Assembly: GCA_051251855.1 (NCBI GenBank)
Contig: JBPOGI010000001.1
Coordinates: forward strand, 480,001 to 544,000
Reading direction: 5' to 3'
DNA length: 64,000 nucleotides
Origin: Roseibacillus sp.
GTDB lineage: Bacteria > Verrucomicrobiota > Verrucomicrobiia > Verrucomicrobiales > Akkermansiaceae
Every line of letters begins with the position of its first letter. Position 1 is the first letter of the stretch. Below are positions 20,042 through 28,182 of the stretch, piece after piece. The position numbers and the translations under genes were made by a program. A model generated the notes under the pieces. The model did no database searches. It had not been told where the DNA came from and was given only the letters and a program-made list of their open reading frames with translations.

Positions 20042-20116
20042 GCGGGCGTAGCTCAGTGGTAGAGCGCGACCTTGCCAAGGTCGATGTCGAGAGTTCGAAT
20101 CTCTTCGCCCGCTCCA
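20042..20116 (+). tRNA. tRNA-Gly (anticodon GCC)
   Basis: GCGGGCG/CGCCCGC acceptor stem, anticodon arm CGACC-TTGCCAA-GGTCG, TTCGAAT T-loop and encoded CCA. Confidence 0.97.
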
Positions 20117-20120
20117 AATA

Positions 20121-20157
20121 AAGGCTCTCAGGAATCAACCTGAGGGCCTTTTCTTTT
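20121..20157 (+). terminator. Intrinsic terminator after the tRNA
   Basis: aaggctctcagg-aatcaa-cctgagggcctt followed by ttctttt. Confidence 0.8.
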
Positions 20158-20441
20158 CTCCTCTGGCCTTGTTGAAAAAGAGCCGGAAGTATAAGGGCTT
20201 TCGATTAGATGGAGGGGGAGGAGCGAGGCGCGGTCCTGACTTCGGAGTTTTCCTGGACGAGATGATGTCTCGGATTACGGGGTTTGGCGCGGAAATGTCT
20301 TGTCTATCTGGGTGTATCGTGCAATGCCCTCCCTTCCTTTCCTGTGAAAGGGATTAACTTTTTGATTACGTGACGATGGCGGAGGATAACATTATCCAAT
20401 TTAACCAAACAAAGCCTGAGTCACGGTTTTCTGGAACACCT

Positions 20442-20645
20442 ATGAAAAGCGAGCTTGTCGAGAAAGCGTCTGAGGTCATGCCTGACCCCCAAGTCCTGAT
20501 TAATATGGTGTCCCGCCGGGTCAAGCAGCTGAATGATGGGCGTGCCCCATTGATTGAGACTGTTCCCAGCATGGGCGCCGCTGATATTGCCCTGACCGAG
20601 ATTATAGAGGGTAAGATCAAGTTGGCGGAGACGCCTGCGGAGTAA
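20442..20645 (+). CDS. rpoZ: RNA polymerase omega subunit
   Basis: LINMVSRRVKQLNDG...IALTEIIEGKI. Start MKSEL at 20442. Confidence 0.88.
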   Translation: MKSELVEKASEVMPDPQVLINMVSRRVKQLNDGRAPLIETVPSMGAADIALTEIIEGKIKLAETPAE

Positions 20646-20810
20646 GCTCTTGAGCGGAATCCCCCTCAAGTTTGTGCTTAGTTGGATTCTGTGTTAATTT
20701 TTTTCCGTTGAGCCATAGGTTTGGCTCTCAGCCTGCGGGGTGACTTGCGGGCTTTCTGCTATCTGGTGACCTACGCTGAAGCTCTGTGATCCTTTCTCCT
20801 ATTTCTACCC

Positions 20811-21272
20811 ATGATTACCGACGTTGCCAAAAATAAGAAGGCGCTGCATGACTTCCACATTTTGGGGAAGATTGAATGTGGGATCGAGTTGCGGGGGACT
20901 GAGGTGAAGTCGATCCGAGACGGCAAGGTGAATATTCGTGATGCGTATGCGCGAGTGGAGCGAGGCCAGGTGTTTCTTTATGGCTGTGATATCCAGCCTT
21001 GGCAGACGGCGGGGACTTGGTTCCAGCATGAGACGAAGCGGCCTAGGAGGTTACTGCTTCATAAGAGTGAGATTCTGAAGTTACAGGAAGCAACTCATGT
21101 GAAGGGGGAGACTTTGGTGGCGTTGCGGCTCTATTTTAAGGGACGCCGAGTGAAAGTTGAGCTGGGACAGGCGAAAGGGAAGACTCATGGGGACCAGAGG
21201 CATGATTTGAAGAAGAAGGTGGAATTGCGTGAGGCTCAGAGGGAGATGTCGAAGTTCAATAAGGGGCGGTAG
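20811..21272 (+). CDS. smpB: SsrA-binding protein
   Basis: NKKALHDF, GIELRGTEVKSIR and RRLLLHKSEI motifs. Confidence 0.96.
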   Translation: MITDVAKNKKALHDFHILGKIECGIELRGTEVKSIRDGKVNIRDAYARVERGQVFLYGCDIQPWQTAGTWFQHETKRPRRLLLHKSEILKLQEATHVKGETLVALRLYFKGRRVKVELGQAKGKTHGDQRHDLKKKVELREAQREMSKFNKGR

Positions 21273-21346
21273 GGAGGAATTCCCAACGGGAGGCAGAGAT
21301 TGGGTTGGATAAATTGGGTTGGATTTTTGAAAGGTGGAGCTGCGGT

Positions 21347-21427
21347 GGAGCGCGGAGTTTTAGTTCTCTCTACGGGCAGGACGATTGCAGTGGGATCCCG
21401 AGGATCGTAACTGAAGATCCGAGCTCC
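21347..21427. repeat. Degenerate inverted REP-like pair
   Basis: GGAGCGCGGAGTTTTAGTT (21347-21365) matches the reverse complement of 21409-21427 (GGAGCTCGGATCTTCAGTT) at 15/19 positions. Confidence 0.6.
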
Positions 21428-21555
21428 GTTAGGAGATTAATCTGACCCCTTCAAAGAACGACAATGAACCTTAACACAGCGTAATTCGACTGAGGTCTAT
21501 GCTCCTTCCCTGATTTTAACAGTGAGGCCAGCTAGAATCGTCGGTCTGGGGAGCC

Positions 21556-22410
21556 CTAGAACACCAGCGGTTCTTCCGGAGAGAGAAAGTTGAGGTCGAC
21601 GAGGAAGCGGTCGAGGGCGTTGAGCGAGAGTTCGTAGAGCTGCTCGTTGGTGTTGTAGTTGAAGAAGGTGTGGCCGGCTCCTTCGAAGTCGATGAGCTCG
21701 CATTTGTTGCCTTTGCGACGGTAATTTTTGGCAAATTTAGTGACGTGATCGAAGGGGGCGACACGGTCGTTGCGGCCGTGGAGAAGGAGGCAAGGAGGCA
21801 GGTCTTTGGCCGGTAGCTGGGTGCTGGGACTGTGCTGTTTTGCCTCTTTAGGGGTGGGGAAACGCTCGTGTTCGATGCCTTTGGGCGTGGTATCGACAAT
21901 GGCCGAATAAGCGGCGACGGCGGCAGGTTTGAGGTCGAGTCCCTCGGCGTTTTGGGTATTACCCTGAAGGGCTGAGGTGAGGGCTAGGTGTCCGCCAGAG
22001 CCGGCTCCGACGACGATAATGCGCTCGGGGTCGATGCCGATGATGGAGGCGTTCTGTTTCAAGAAGCCGATGGCCATGCGGACGTCTTCCATCGCTTCCA
22101 TGGGGTTGGTGCGATGTTTGTTGAAGACGCGGTATTCAACGGTGACAGCAACGCAGCCTCGAGTGGAGAAGTGATGGCAATGGGGGACGAACTGGGTGGG
22201 CATGGAGGCGTCCCAGAGGCCGCCATGGAGGAAGAGGATGCAGTTGAGGTGGGCAGCTTCGGGATTGTGACCAGGAGGAAGGTAGAAGTGAGCTGAGAGT
22301 GGGCCTTGCGGCGATTCGTAGTAGACGTAGGAGTGCGCGTCTTTGAGAAGCTCGCGATCGCGAGCCTCGCCGAGGGCTGGGGCCTCCTTCAATTGTGACA
22401 AAGACGACAT
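21556..22410 (-). CDS. Alpha/beta hydrolase (esterase-like)
   Basis: HGGLW, GAGSGG elbow, HGRND and GAGH. Start MSSLSQ at 22410. Confidence 0.8.
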   Translation of the reverse strand: MSSLSQLKEAPALGEARDRELLKDAHSYVYYESPQGPLSAHFYLPPGHNPEAAHLNCILFLHGGLWDASMPTQFVPHCHHFSTRGCVAVTVEYRVFNKHRTNPMEAMEDVRMAIGFLKQNASIIGIDPERIIVVGAGSGGHLALTSALQGNTQNAEGLDLKPAAVAAYSAIVDTTPKGIEHERFPTPKEAKQHSPSTQLPAKDLPPCLLLHGRNDRVAPFDHVTKFAKNYRRKGNKCELIDFEGAGHTFFNYNTNEQLYELSLNALDRFLVDLNFLSPEEPLVF

Positions 22411-22464
22411 ATGAAGAAAAAAGGTGGTCGCGGAAGGGGGTGTTTGTCCATAGTTTCCCGCATC

Positions 22465-23355
22465 ATGAAGTCGCTTTTCCCAATCACCTTTACTTCGATG
22501 CTTATTTTCGGGCTTTTGGCTCCTCGTCTTTCGGCACAAAATCAGATGCAGCCGATTCTAGAGGGGGTCTACAATCAGTGGCGTCAGGCCTTGATAACGA
22601 AGAATCCGGGGCGCTGGAGCCAGACGACTTCGACTCGGCGTCAGGTGGAGATGCGGAATCGAATTTTTTCGGAGCGGCGGCCTTTTCCGGGGAGTTTGTT
22701 TGCCTTGCCGACCGCGCCACCTGATTTGAGAGGTCTCACGCCGGCGCGGATTAAGGTGAAGGGGCCGACGGCAAAGGCGATCTATTTTGGTAAGGTCGAT
22801 TTTGGAGTCGGCGGGCAACCGACTGATAATATTCTGGTGCTTTCTTTTGTGCAGGAGTCGGGGTGGAAGTATGATGGTGCGGACTTTATCAATCTAATGG
22901 CTTTGCCTGATGTTCGAGCTGCTTTGGCAAAGGGAGACTATTCGAGTTTGGACAAAGCTGAGTTTCAGCCCACGGGAGCTCCTCCGCGTTCTCCTGCGAT
23001 TCAGTTAAATGGCCCTGTTCCTTATATTGCCAAGGTTTACTGTTTCTGTCCGGGCCGCGAGGTGACGGTACAGGTCAATCGCCGGAGTCGGCATACGGTT
23101 GCGAATAACAAGGCTGCTGAGGTAGTGATTGGTGGAGCGAGCCCTGGTGTAAATCAGGTGGAATACTCGGTGAAAAACTTGCCGGGTTCGGCGGGTAACG
23201 AGCCGCTGGCGATTCGAGTCTACTTGATGTCTGAGAAGGCGGGGACGAAAATTCCTGCGGTATTCGAATACTTGGTGCCTGAGGGGGGGGGCGTGAAGAG
23301 TAGTGGGCAGGGAACCTTTAATTTGGATCAGGCCTTGGCGTCGAAGTTGCGCTAG
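22465..23355 (+). CDS. Hypothetical exported protein
   Basis: Signal peptide MKSLFPITFTSMLIFGLLAPRLSA; a -10-like TAGTTT lies 8 nt upstream of this ATG. Confidence 0.75.
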   Translation: MKSLFPITFTSMLIFGLLAPRLSAQNQMQPILEGVYNQWRQALITKNPGRWSQTTSTRRQVEMRNRIFSERRPFPGSLFALPTAPPDLRGLTPARIKVKGPTAKAIYFGKVDFGVGGQPTDNILVLSFVQESGWKYDGADFINLMALPDVRAALAKGDYSSLDKAEFQPTGAPPRSPAIQLNGPVPYIAKVYCFCPGREVTVQVNRRSRHTVANNKAAEVVIGGASPGVNQVEYSVKNLPGSAGNEPLAIRVYLMSEKAGTKIPAVFEYLVPEGGGVKSSGQGTFNLDQALASKLR

Positions 23356-23408
23356 GTCGGGACAGTTTGAGGTGTTGACGGACGATGTAGGCAGGTGGAG
23401 CTTTCGCT

Positions 23409-25298
23409 ATGAAAATATTTTCGATGCTGCTGGGTCTTGCTTTGGCAGTCGCTCACGCGGAGGTGGCTTTGCCTACTTTGCAGGGCCAGATTTGGCCGGT
23501 GGTGGAGCAGGCGCATAAGACGACCGTTGCGGTGGGTGCGATGGGAGCGACGGGTAGCGGAGTGGTTGTCACGGCCGATGGTATCGTGCTGACGGCGGGG
23601 CATGTGGTTACGAATATGGAGACGGGCGAAGTCGCGGAGACGGTTTCGATTCAGTTTGATGATGGTGAGGAGTTTCAAGCGGAGGTGCTGGGGATGAATC
23701 GCAGCCACGATGCGGCGATGTTGCAATTGATTGGAGAGGGGCCGTGGGCGTTTTCACCTTTGGGAAGTTCGGCTGCGATTCGGCCGGGGACGTGGGTGGT
23801 GGCGACGGGTCACCCCTCGGGCTACGATGCCTTGCGGGCAGCTCCAGTGCGATTTGGACGGGTGGTCTCGAAGAGCGCGGACCATTTCTTTGGGAGCGAT
23901 TGTGTTTTGTTTGGGGGAGATTCGGGAGGGCCGCTGTTTGATTTGGAGGGCAAGGTTGTGGGGATTCACTCGTGGATTGGGGAGGATGTGCAGACCAATA
24001 CCCACGCAGGAATCAGCGGTTTTGTAGGGGATTGGGAGAAGATGAAGGCGGGAGATCAATGGGGAAAGCTGGAGCCGCCGCCGAGTCTGAAAGAAGGAAC
24101 CCCTGTTCTAGGAGTAATGTTCAATGGCAATGCGAGAGGTCGAAGTGTGCGGCTGGATGCAGTGTTGGCGGAGTCCGCAGCGGAGGTTGCAGGTCTTCGG
24201 GAGGGTGATCTTATTTTGCGAGTAGATGGAGAGCCGGTGGACGGAGCTCGATTCAAGCGCTATTTGCAAAGGTTGCAGGCGGGTGACGAGGTGGTGCTGG
24301 ATGTGCAGCGTGGGCAGGAGGAGTTGATTACGCGGGTACAATTGGGGACGGTAACTGCTTTGCCTTTTGTCACACAAAGGGGGCAGGATTTGTTAGAGAC
24401 ACAGGCGCGGGAGTTTTTTGGGGCCTTTGAGGAGGTGACGGATGAGTTGGGGAATGGGGTAGTTCGAGTTTTTGCGAATGCGAAGCAGGTGGGATTTGGA
24501 ACGGTGTGGAATGGGACAAAGGTGCTGGCGAAGTGGAGCGAGATTAAGAAGGCGAAGGCGCTGACTGGAGTGGATTCGGATGGACGTGAGTTTGCGTTGC
24601 AGGTGCTGGAGATTTTTGCGGCACACGACTTGGTTTTGTTGAAAATGCCCGCAGGGGTCGAGCTTCGTTCGATTCCATTGCAGGGGATTCCGGCTAGGGC
24701 GGGAACGTTGGTGGCGGCGGTGAGGCCTGATGGTGTGGCGGAAGGAATTGGAGTGATTTCGGTGGCGGAGCGAAGTCTGCTCGTGAGTTCACGTGGCTTT
24801 CTGGGGGTCGAACTAGATATCGACTACGATGCGGGAGGGGTTTTGGTGAGAAGTGTGGAGAATAGCAGTGCGGCTGAGGAAGCGGGAGTCTTGGCAGAAG
24901 ATGTGATTTCGGCCGTGGATGGACGCAAAATTGATAGTTTTCAGGAGCTGAGGACGGTGTTGAGTCGGGCGGGAGCGAATCAAGAAGTGGTGTTGAGTGT
25001 GCGCCGTCGAACAGGACCATTGGAACTTACTGCGAAGTTGAAGCCAAAGCGTCCGGATGGGATCAGCTTAAGTCGACGGGAGCGGATGATGAACCGAATG
25101 GATGAGCGTGGCCTCAGTGACGTGCGGGATCGTTTTCCGAGTGTTTTGCAAACGGATATGACGATTTCTCCAGAGGAAACGGGTTTGCCGGTGGTTGATA
25201 GCGACGGGCGCTTGGTTGGGATCGTTCTCGCGCGAGCAGGTCGAGTGAAGACCTTTCTCTTGCCGGTGTCTGCGATTGCTGGGCTGGTGGAAAATTAG
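23409..25298 (+). CDS. Trypsin-like serine protease with two PDZ domains and a second, degenerate protease domain
   Basis: TAGHV, HDAA and GDSGGP triad; PDZ motifs VLGV and FLGV; the second domain has PEETGLP. Confidence 0.88.
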   Translation: MKIFSMLLGLALAVAHAEVALPTLQGQIWPVVEQAHKTTVAVGAMGATGSGVVVTADGIVLTAGHVVTNMETGEVAETVSIQFDDGEEFQAEVLGMNRSHDAAMLQLIGEGPWAFSPLGSSAAIRPGTWVVATGHPSGYDALRAAPVRFGRVVSKSADHFFGSDCVLFGGDSGGPLFDLEGKVVGIHSWIGEDVQTNTHAGISGFVGDWEKMKAGDQWGKLEPPPSLKEGTPVLGVMFNGNARGRSVRLDAVLAESAAEVAGLREGDLILRVDGEPVDGARFKRYLQRLQAGDEVVLDVQRGQEELITRVQLGTVTALPFVTQRGQDLLETQAREFFGAFEEVTDELGNGVVRVFANAKQVGFGTVWNGTKVLAKWSEIKKAKALTGVDSDGREFALQVLEIFAAHDLVLLKMPAGVELRSIPLQGIPARAGTLVAAVRPDGVAEGIGVISVAERSLLVSSRGFLGVELDIDYDAGGVLVRSVENSSAAEEAGVLAEDVISAVDGRKIDSFQELRTVLSRAGANQEVVLSVRRRTGPLELTAKLKPKRPDGISLSRRERMMNRMDERGLSDVRDRFPSVLQTDMTISPEETGLPVVDSDGRLVGIVLARAGRVKTFLLPVSAIAGLVEN

Positions 25299-25402
25299 CG
25301 CGGGGACGCTGATTTTTTTCCGGCTGATTTCCGGCTGATTTTCGCTGATGAGGGGCAGACTTGAGGGGTGGGGTTCCGTTCGAGGACGAACGGGTGGACG
25401 CT

Positions 25403-25425
25403 CGCGGGCCAGAGGCCCACGCCAC
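25403..25425. repeat. REP-like palindrome between convergent genes
   Basis: cgcGGGCCagaGGCCCacgccac. Confidence 0.55.
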
Positions 25426-25432
25426 GGGGGCG

Positions 25433-26548
25433 TTAGCGATAGTCGCTGAAGTGAATCTCTAGAGTGGATTCGAGTCGCTTGAGGCGGGGGCGTTGCTTGG
25501 GCTCTAACAGAACGAGGGAAAGTCCGGTCTTGCCGGCACGAGCGGTGCGTCCGCTGCGGTGGGTGTAGTATTCGATCTGGTCGGGAAGTTGGTGGTGAAG
25601 AACGAAGGAAAGGTCGGCGACATCGATTCCGCGGGCAGCGACGTCGGTGGCGATGAGGAACTGGACCCGCTCTTTCTTGAAGGCACGCATCACTTTGTCG
25701 CGTTCCTTTTGAGTGAGGTCGCCTTGGAGGACTTCAACTTGGAAGCCCTTTTTACGAAGTTGATTTCCAAGAGCGACGGAGCCGGCCTTGGTCCGGCAAA
25801 AGATGAGTCCTCGTTCTTTGCCTTGTTCTTCGAGGAAATCGATAATGAATTGGTCTTTCTCGGCGTGCTCGAGGACAATGTATTTGTGGTCAATGTTGCT
25901 GTTGACGACGTCCTTGTGCTCGACTTTGAGGAAAGGTGCTTTGGCGGACAGGTTGTTTTGGATGAGGTCTTCTACCTTCTCGGGGAAGGTGGCGGAGAAG
26001 AGCCAAGTGCCTTTGCGCTTGGGGGTGAGTTTGAAGATTTCGGAGAGTTGGGATTGGAAGCCCATGCTGAGCATTTCGTCGGCTTCGTCGAGAACGAGGA
26101 AACGGACCGTAGAGATGTCGATGGCCTTGCGTTCGAGAAGGTCGAGTAGACGTCCGGGGGTGGCGACCACGATTTGGGTGGGTCGCTGGAGGGCGGCAAT
26201 CTGACGGTCGATGGGGTCGCCTCCGCTGACCACTTCGGTGAAGACTTGGGTGGAGTATTTGGTAAAGCGAAAGAGCTGTTTGCCGATTTGTTTGGCGAGT
26301 TCACGGGTGGGAGCGAGGACGAGGCCTTGGATGCTCTTTTGGGTGGGGTCGACTTTGGCGAGGAGAGGGAGTCCGAAGGCTGCGGTCTTTCCTGTTCCAG
26401 TTTGAGCTTGGGCGATGAAGTCTCGGCCATCTTGCTGCAAGCGTGGGATGGCGTCGTACTGGATCTTGGTGGGCTTGCGGATGCCGAGTTCTTCGAGACC
26501 TTTGACAAGGTCTTCTGAGACGCCGAGAGCAAGAAAGGGATTGGCCAT
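25433..26548 (-). CDS. Minimal DEAD-box RNA helicase (core only, 371 aa)
   Basis: TGTGKT, PTRELA, DEAD, SAT, ARGID and HRSGRTAR motifs. Confidence 0.92.
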   Translation of the reverse strand: MANPFLALGVSEDLVKGLEELGIRKPTKIQYDAIPRLQQDGRDFIAQAQTGTGKTAAFGLPLLAKVDPTQKSIQGLVLAPTRELAKQIGKQLFRFTKYSTQVFTEVVSGGDPIDRQIAALQRPTQIVVATPGRLLDLLERKAIDISTVRFLVLDEADEMLSMGFQSQLSEIFKLTPKRKGTWLFSATFPEKVEDLIQNNLSAKAPFLKVEHKDVVNSNIDHKYIVLEHAEKDQFIIDFLEEQGKERGLIFCRTKAGSVALGNQLRKKGFQVEVLQGDLTQKERDKVMRAFKKERVQFLIATDVAARGIDVADLSFVLHHQLPDQIEYYTHRSGRTARAGKTGLSLVLLEPKQRPRLKRLESTLEIHFSDYR

Positions 26549-26857
26549 AACGAGGGAGAGGCTATCAGGAACTTTGGGGTGAAAAGCGAGGTTTTTCGGG
26601 AGGCGAGCGCTCCGTAACGCCGAAAATGAGTGATAGAATTCTCTATTGGGTCTTCAGTCAGCTTCCTTCGGTCGGAATGAACCGAGACTTGAGCCTTTCT
26701 GTTGATAGCGGCCTTACCCGTCGCTTATGAATTCCTGTTCTTTCTGTTCTCGTGTCTTGTTCTTGGTGAAAAATCTCGTCGCTATCAGTCATTTTCAGAA
26801 TTACGGAGCACTAGGCTTCTGTTTCGCCGGTGGATACGGTAATTGTCTGCGGAACGA

Positions 26858-27616
26858 ATGGCTGATAACGACAAAAACTTCAAACTCCCGCCTAAAAAGT
26901 ATCAACCGAAGGGGATTCATTTTCTCTATGAAGATCGGGATATCCTGGTGGTGGATAAGGCGAGTGGATTGTTGTCGGTGAGTAGTGAAAAGGTGAAGGA
27001 GAATACGGCCTTTTTCCTCCTGAACAATTATGTGCGAAAGGGGAACGTGAAGGCGCCGCACCGGGTCTTTATCGTGCACCGGTTGGATCGTGATACTTCA
27101 GGGGTTTTGGTTTTTGCAAAAAGTGAGAAGGCGAAGCACTTTTTACAGGACCAATGGCACGATTTTCGCAAAATCTATTATGCGGTGGTGGATGGGGAGC
27201 CGCCGGAGAGGGAGGGGTTGATCGAATCCTATTTGGCGGAGAACAGCATTCACAAAGTCTATTCGACGACGGACAAAAAGAAGGGGAAGTTGTCGAAGAC
27301 GGGATATCGGGTGCTCAAACAGGGTCAGGGAAATTCGCTTTTGGAAGTGGAGCTTTTGACGGGGCGGAAGAACCAGATTCGAGTGCACTTGGCCGATTTG
27401 GGATGTCCCGTGGTGGGGGATAAGAAGTATCGCGGGGAGAAGGATGAGAGTCAGAAGCCTAGGCCACCAGTGAAGGCTGGAGGCGCGGGCAGGAAGCGGC
27501 CACGGCTGGCGCTGCATTCGGCGTCGCTGACGATGGTGCATCCTTTTTCGAAAAAAGAGATGACCTTTGAGACGATGATTCCGCCTTACTTCGAGAGTCT
27601 CGTGCGGAAAGGCTAG
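26858..27616 (+). CDS. RluA-family pseudouridine synthase (no S4 domain)
   Basis: HRLDRDTSG, GRKNQIRVH and LALH. ATG start at 26858. Confidence 0.9.
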   Translation: MADNDKNFKLPPKKYQPKGIHFLYEDRDILVVDKASGLLSVSSEKVKENTAFFLLNNYVRKGNVKAPHRVFIVHRLDRDTSGVLVFAKSEKAKHFLQDQWHDFRKIYYAVVDGEPPEREGLIESYLAENSIHKVYSTTDKKKGKLSKTGYRVLKQGQGNSLLEVELLTGRKNQIRVHLADLGCPVVGDKKYRGEKDESQKPRPPVKAGGAGRKRPRLALHSASLTMVHPFSKKEMTFETMIPPYFESLVRKG

Positions 27617-27773
27617 TGCACCGTTTCAAAAATGACGCTGCATTTCAGCTGGTTCTTTTTCAGAATAACTGGGTTGCAAGCAGCTGTAGAATATTCATTC
27701 AACAAGCAATTTGCGCCTTGTTCTCCAGAAGAATTCCTGCGCCGAAACGCAACCTTATTTTCAAAACGATGCA

Positions 27774-28136
27774 CTAGTTCGCGACGCCGTTGGCGCGGAC
27801 GTAGAAATCAGGATTGAGGTCAGCGAGAGGACCGCGGAGTTTGTCGATTTCCTCGGCTGGGCCATGGAACTCGAGGCGATAAAGTTCGGAGATTTCTCCG
27901 CTGGCGGCAATGCAGCTCCCCACGTTTTCGAGGTGTCGCAGGACGGCTGCAGCATCGTGGTAGGCTTCGCGACAGAAGGCTTGGTCGCCGCAAATACTAA
28001 AGTCGTAGTAGTAGCAGGTTTCTTCGGTGGTGGTGCGTTCGACGAACTCGGCCATTAGGGCTTCGAAGGCATCTTCTTTGCCGGACTGAATTTTGAAGTA
28101 GGGATGGATGCTGACTGCTTGGGAAAGGTTACTCAT
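27774..28136 (-). CDS. ABM/putative quinol monooxygenase-like protein
   Basis: Dimeric alpha-beta barrel pattern (FCREAYHDAAAVLRHL). Confidence 0.75.
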   Translation of the reverse strand: MSNLSQAVSIHPYFKIQSGKEDAFEALMAEFVERTTTEETCYYYDFSICGDQAFCREAYHDAAAVLRHLENVGSCIAASGEISELYRLEFHGPAEEIDKLRGPLADLNPDFYVRANGVAN

Positions 28137-28182
28137 GGAAGGTGATTTTTAGGAAAGGAGTAGATTGTGCAAGGTTAGAAAA

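Noticed and set aside
20042..20440. tRNA-Gly as a possible island integration site
   Set aside because: No integrase and no duplicated tRNA 3' end were seen; the tRNA is followed by core genes rpoZ and smpB.
21273..21555. Possible tmRNA (ssrA) next to smpB
   Set aside because: No GGGG...TCCACCA tRNA-like ends or tag reading frame; the region is short and explained by repeats.
26549..26857. Possible REP remnant or ncRNA in the helicase-RluA divergent spacer
   Set aside because: Only weak, degenerate similarity (GGGAGGCGAGCGCTCC) and no convincing stem.
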